Part shown: positions 59,411 to 64,000 of the stretch, in pieces
Position numbering within the stretch: position 1 is the stretch's first letter
Layout of the letters: every line of letters begins with the position of its first letter
Origin: Bilabrum cf. latius
Taxonomy: Eukaryota
Length of the DNA stretch: 64,000 bases
Direction of reading: 5' to 3'
Assembly: GCA_965178125.1 (NCBI GenBank)
Contig: OZ237768.1
Span: 310,001-374,000 of the forward strand
Notes under the pieces: model-generated
What the model was told of the DNA's origin: nothing
The model's database searches: none
What the model saw: only the letters and a program-made list of their open reading frames with translations
Program-made: the position numbers and the translations under genes

Positions 59411-62095
59411 TTATTTGTCCTCCTAATCTTCATCCTGCTCGGAATCAGCCCCGCTGCTGTAATCGTGGCCAGAACTCGTAGCAACGCCACGGCCTGCGGC
59501 TCCTTCGTCCCGATCACCGGTTGCTGCTATATCTGCGGCTGCAGAAGCCGCACCCATGGAGCGAGGCGGCTCCTCACTGCGCTCACCTTCGTGATCACCA
59601 GGCTCTCCGTGATCACCAGGCTCTCCGTGATCACCAGGCTCTCCGTGATCACCAGGCTCTCCGTGATCACCAGGCTCTCCGTGATCACTGTGATCGCTGT
59701 GATCGGCGGCGAAACCATGGCCAGGAAGACTGGTGATGCTCTGTGGCGTACTAGATGGTGGGGCAGATTGTGAAGACTCAGAACGCTGACGCCGCGCAAC
59801 AGTTGGCTGCCTTGGAACTCGAGCCCCGCCAAAAGGTACGTAGCGTACCCCTGCATGATCTCCCGGGTCGTCAGCTACTACACTCGGTGCTGCTAGGCGA
59901 GGCAGCTGCATCTGACTTGCCGCATCCGACGCTTCGCCCCCAGCTTCTCGCCAAGAATCGATAGATGTCTGTGCACTGTGTGATGCTTGCTCACCAACTC
60001 TAGCTGTAACCCCGAATCCACTCACTTGCGATCGTGTCGTGCTTCGGATAGTAGCCGCCCGGCGCCCTGATACCTCGGATCGAGTGCTTCCAGCTGTCCC
60101 CGATCCGGATGCTGTGGAAGCTGTTTGGCGGTCGTTCTGACGTGTGGCGGCTCGTACAAGGTTACGGCCCTCGGTTGGATCAAAGCTGGGTAACCAGTCT
60201 GCAGCGTTGGATTGGTATTGCCTATCTTGCCTTCGTCGCCTCTCCCTCGAGGTCAGGCCGGTTCCAAGTGGCTGCATGGCTCCACTTGTCCGGCCCATCG
60301 GCGCCCGATGTGAATCTTCAGATACCGGCCACTAGACAGAAGACTCTCCCGATGATGGCACCGGTCTTCTAGCAGTACGATGGGCACTGTCGTCGGTAGC
60401 TCCTTCTGATAGTATGCTACTTCCCTAAAATCCTTGTGCACCAGGACGGGATTCATCCGGGTCAGGGTAGCCGTCCGTGTAAGCGATGCTACCCCGCGGA
60501 GCACGATCAGAAAGGGGCGGAGTCTTAGGCCTGTGGCTGTGATGGACCGCCGCCGATAAACCTAGCTGACGCCGAGGTCTACTAGCATGACCACTTTTCT
60601 ATTGACTTCCATCGTCCACTGTGTGCCCAATTCTGTCAGAATCCGTTGTTTCCGCCTCTCTGCCGGAGCTTGTTCCATCTTCTGAATCACGAGCCACTGT
60701 GTGCCCAATTCTGTCAGAATCCGTTGTTTCCGCCTCTCTGCCGGAGCTTGTTCCATCTTCTGAATCACGAGCCACTGTGTGCCCAATTCTGTCAGAATCC
60801 GTTGTTTCCGCCTCTCTGCCGGAGCTTGTTCCATCTTCTGAATCACGAGCCTCCCCCGAATTCGACGGTAAAGAAGATTCGTCGCTCTAACCAAGTGCTT
60901 TGCTTATAGCAGCTCGCTTTTCCGCGCTGCCGTGTCGCCGTTGGTCTCGCCGTTGGTCTCCCCCTAGCCCAATTTCGGGATCTTCGTCCAGGCTGCTGGA
61001 GAGCTGGTTCCCCAGTGGCTAGTTTGGCCAGGTCCCATATCCACCACTTTGTATGCTTGCTCCAGCACTACCTCTATTGAGTAGCGGGGCTCTGTCTCTG
61101 TTGTTACCATCACATCCTGCCCCTCGCCCGCAGCAGCAGCACAGCGATTGCCAAGGAAATAGGAGGGCCGCATTAACCACCAGCAAGATGACATGAATGC
61201 CGCCAGATCCTCGCATGAACAGCAACATATTAATGTACTGCTTCAGTGGCATTGATGCGTTCGCAATCATGAATCCCCACTGGTCCTCGTCCATGTGCTC
61301 CCACATGAGGTGTGGCGACGAGGTGACCACATGATGCAAAACCCGGAAAGACATGACCACCGAAGCAAGGCAGCATGCCGCACCAACGAGTGAAATGATA
61401 GAAAATGATACACTGAAAGAAAAGCTTGGTCTCTTGCGTGAACCAGAGCACCAGAGCACGACCCACGGAAGCAACTAGAATACTCCGAATCCCAGAGTGA
61501 AGACAGCCTGAAGCATCCCCCAGAACGAAAGCCTGATAAACCAGCTTCTTGTCTCCCTCCAAACATCCAGCTTTGAAGCTTCTATGTTTCTGCAAGCATC
61601 GATCCTGTGGTAATGGAGATCAAAGCGCCCCTCGTAGATCCAGTAGTTCAGTTTGTGGGAAATTGCTACGCTACGGTTATCAGCCTATGGCACTGGCGGT
61701 CGCCAAACTGATATATTTCCCATTGAAAGTTTCCAAAGGTCTACTTGGCCGTTCGTGACATCCCATGCATGCTAGGCCAATGGCATGGTGTTTGCGTTAA
61801 TGATTTGCTCCGCATCCTTGTCGGGATCTGACTTCGCAATTCCATCCGCGTATTTCAAACCATTATCCAGCCTTTCGACGAGATTAATATCCCAGCGAAT
61901 ATATTCCGTCGGCAGCTTCTCAACAAGCTATCTTCGCACACCGACGATGCAGCTTGGGTCCGGCAGCGCCGCTTTGGTCTGTGCAAACTTTGTTCGGACA
62001 TTAGCATACTGGAAAAGTCCAATGGTTACATTCGGGATACTGAGCATCATGTATATTACAGATACCATACAAGCAAGTGCATATTGGGCCTTCAT
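59411..62095 (-). CDS. Predicted four-TM membrane protein with large first loop and long repetitive tail (~894 aa)
   Basis: ORFs 61928-62200, 61019-61474 and 59423-60298 lie in one frame, open throughout except about 10 TAGs. TM-like segments YALACMVSVIYMMLSIPNVTIGLF, FWGMLQAVFTLGFGVF[TAG]LLPWVVLWC, FSIISLVGAACCLASVVM, IHVILLVVNAALLFPW. TAA at 59411. Confidence 0.7.
59590..59690 (-). repeat. 18-bp coding tandem repeat (DHGEPG)x5
   Basis: CGTGATCACCAGGCTCTC repeated. Confidence 0.92.
60616..60850 (-). repeat. 78-bp perfect coding tandem repeat x3 (ARDSEDGTSSGREAETTDSDRIGHTV)
   Basis: CCACTGTGTGCCCAATTCTG...GAATCACGAG three times. Confidence 0.95.
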
Positions 62096-62199
62096 TTCAC
62101 CGAAGATATGCCCACACTTGCGACGCCGCGGACAATCTCTATTTTCCAATTTTTGTAAACCACACACAACTTTTAATTCGTGCTTATCGAATGTGGACA

Positions 62200-64000
62200 A
62201 GTCGGGTACGCAGACGACTACGTGGCACTGACGTCGAACTGGAACGAAGCAGTGGCGGTCATGAAGCTAGTCAAGAGCCTGTTTGCACTTGCGGGCATGT
62301 AGCTGGGAATCAAGCCCCTGACAGCATCGGGCCAGGGAACCAAGACAGCGATCATGGCCTTTGGCTACGCTCGGGACTCAATTCCTGGGGACATGCCAGA
62401 GGGCGTCGCATGCAGAGCAGCGGACGCGGGAGAGACGGATGGGGAGTGGACCATCCCACTTGCCTCATCCTACCTGTACCTCGGTCTACTCATTTCGACC
62501 CAACCAGTACGGATCAGCCCAGATGAAGTAGCTGGGCTGACGCAGGCGAGAGACATCTGGGTAATTGATATGGCACCCCACGTACGCAGGAGGATTGCGA
62601 TGGCGTACCGGGCGGCCAGGGACATCACACGAGCGGCGGTGAACGGCAACTGGGCGGTCTCCCTGCACGCCCAGCTGCTCCATGCAGGAGCAATCACGAG
62701 TGCATTCTACGGAGCAGAGGCAGCGGCATGTGCAACAGGATGGGACACCTTGTCAGGATTAGGATATGGTTCCCAAGTTTTCTACGGGATGGAACTGAAC
62801 CTGGAAGTCCTCAAGATGCTGGACAAATTCCTGCTGGATACGCGCTGGATGATTGTCAGCGGATCGACACAGGTAAGGCCCTTCACCATGGGCGGTCGAT
62901 ACGTGCCAAACCTTGCGATGGACACTGAGCTGCTGACGGCATCGGCAGCAGGGCGTGTTGCTATGGGCCTGCTGGACCTGATCGAGTGTCCCTCGAAGAA
63001 GGGCCTTGATGTTGCGGCCAGGTTCATCCACCAGGGCCGATTCCTGCAGGGACCACCAGTACAGACAGGCCCACTCGGGGCCGCGCTGGCACTGGGATTC
63101 AGGATCAAGATGGCAGGGTGGACCCACCGGATCGATGACGCGAAGGACTGGCTGGGATGCCAGGAGACTGCAAAAAAAGTCACAAAGTGGAGGAAATCCA
63201 AATCCGGAGCTGCTGACCGATCGTTCACAAGCCTGAGCCTGGGATGCTCGCACGATCCGGCACTGTCGGATTGGGACCGGGAGAGAGCTGCGCTCGGAGT
63301 GGTCATGCTTAACCGGTACGCAACGAAGGGACGGTATGCCTTCGGACCAGGAGCCATGCCAACAGCAGCGGTGGTGCAGGAATACGGCCACCAAGGAAGA
63401 CGAATTCTGCGCATCCGAGCTGGACAATACCCGCAACAGGGCACGCCCAACCTTCAAGTGATGGGCACCGCGGTAGAGCAGATGGAGCGGGCCGAGCATG
63501 ACCATCATGCCGGAACGAGACCGTGGCAACCCGATGATGCGGATCAGAATAGAGGGAGGTCCCCTGCCTCCCTCCGGAAAGCATGGGCGAAGACAGCTCT
63601 CGCTCAGGACCCTTGGGACGAGAAGCTGGAGCGCACCAGCAGGGCCAAGCCAATCGTCGAAGACGCACTCACTCGGATAGAGCGTACGATTGCGCGGTCA
63701 TCGGAACGGACAGCTGTCAAGGAGCTGGCCAACCGAGTGGTGCAGGTGATCAGGAACCAGCTGCGCTAGCAGGAGTAGCTGACGTGCAGGCAGTGGATGC
63801 GAGGCGATGCGGCGGCTGCTCTTGCCGCCACGGCCACGCAAGAGCTGATAGCGGCAACCAATGCGAACGCTCGGCTACAGCGACGGATGTTTAAGCCCCA
63901 CGGCTTGCTAAGGGACATAGAGAGGCAATGGGCCAAAGGCATGAGCGCGTGCATGCTAGCCTCTCTGAAGGATCGTGAGACGCAGAGACGGTCATGGAGG
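62200..64000 (+). mobile_element. 5'-truncated non-LTR (LINE-like) retrotransposon: C-terminal part of reverse transcriptase and downstream ORF, running off the window
   Basis: GYADDYVAL at 62204; AGM[TAG]LGIK..TKTAIM; YLYLGLLI (RT subdomains 5-7); thumb-like AFYGAE. An in-frame TAA at 62174 precedes it and RT subdomains 1-4 are missing. Open to 64000 except TAGs at 62300, 63767, 63776. Confidence 0.75.

Noticed and set aside
41-64000. Cluster of pseudogenes or sequencing errors explaining the in-frame stops
   Set aside because: Interruptions are exclusively TAG, frames are never shifted, essential genes are affected and TAGs are shared between paralogues.
1-64000. A tRNA-Gln(CUA) or other RNA gene in the window
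   Set aside because: GTTCGA-like hits (~12262, ~33707, ~42394) did not yield a cloverleaf by eye; tRNAscan-SE is needed to exclude one.

Overview
GC-rich eukaryotic nuclear DNA from a protist. Short GT-AG introns, Rab, PP2A-A, UXT and a cyclophilin-SYF2 fusion suggest SAR, perhaps a Cafeteria-like stramenopile (inference only). The ORF track looks fragmented because the genome appears to use a non-standard nuclear code in which UAG encodes glutamine while UGA and apparently UAA remain stops. With TAG read as Gln, the fragments join into 17 coherent genes plus a 5'-truncated non-LTR retrotransposon ORF. By manual count these hold roughly 90 in-frame TAGs and no internal TAA or TGA. TAG sits at the invariant Gln of the Rab DTAGQ motif and of an IQ motif, and alternates with CAG between paralogues. 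Other structure: a ~7-kb head-to-head inverted duplication of a ~2290-aa membrane protein gene, a decayed third paralogue of it, a tandem triplet of MGCxxS genes whose middle copy looks recombinant, several minisatellites and a repeated upstream element. All gene models were built by hand and need RNA-seq confirmation.
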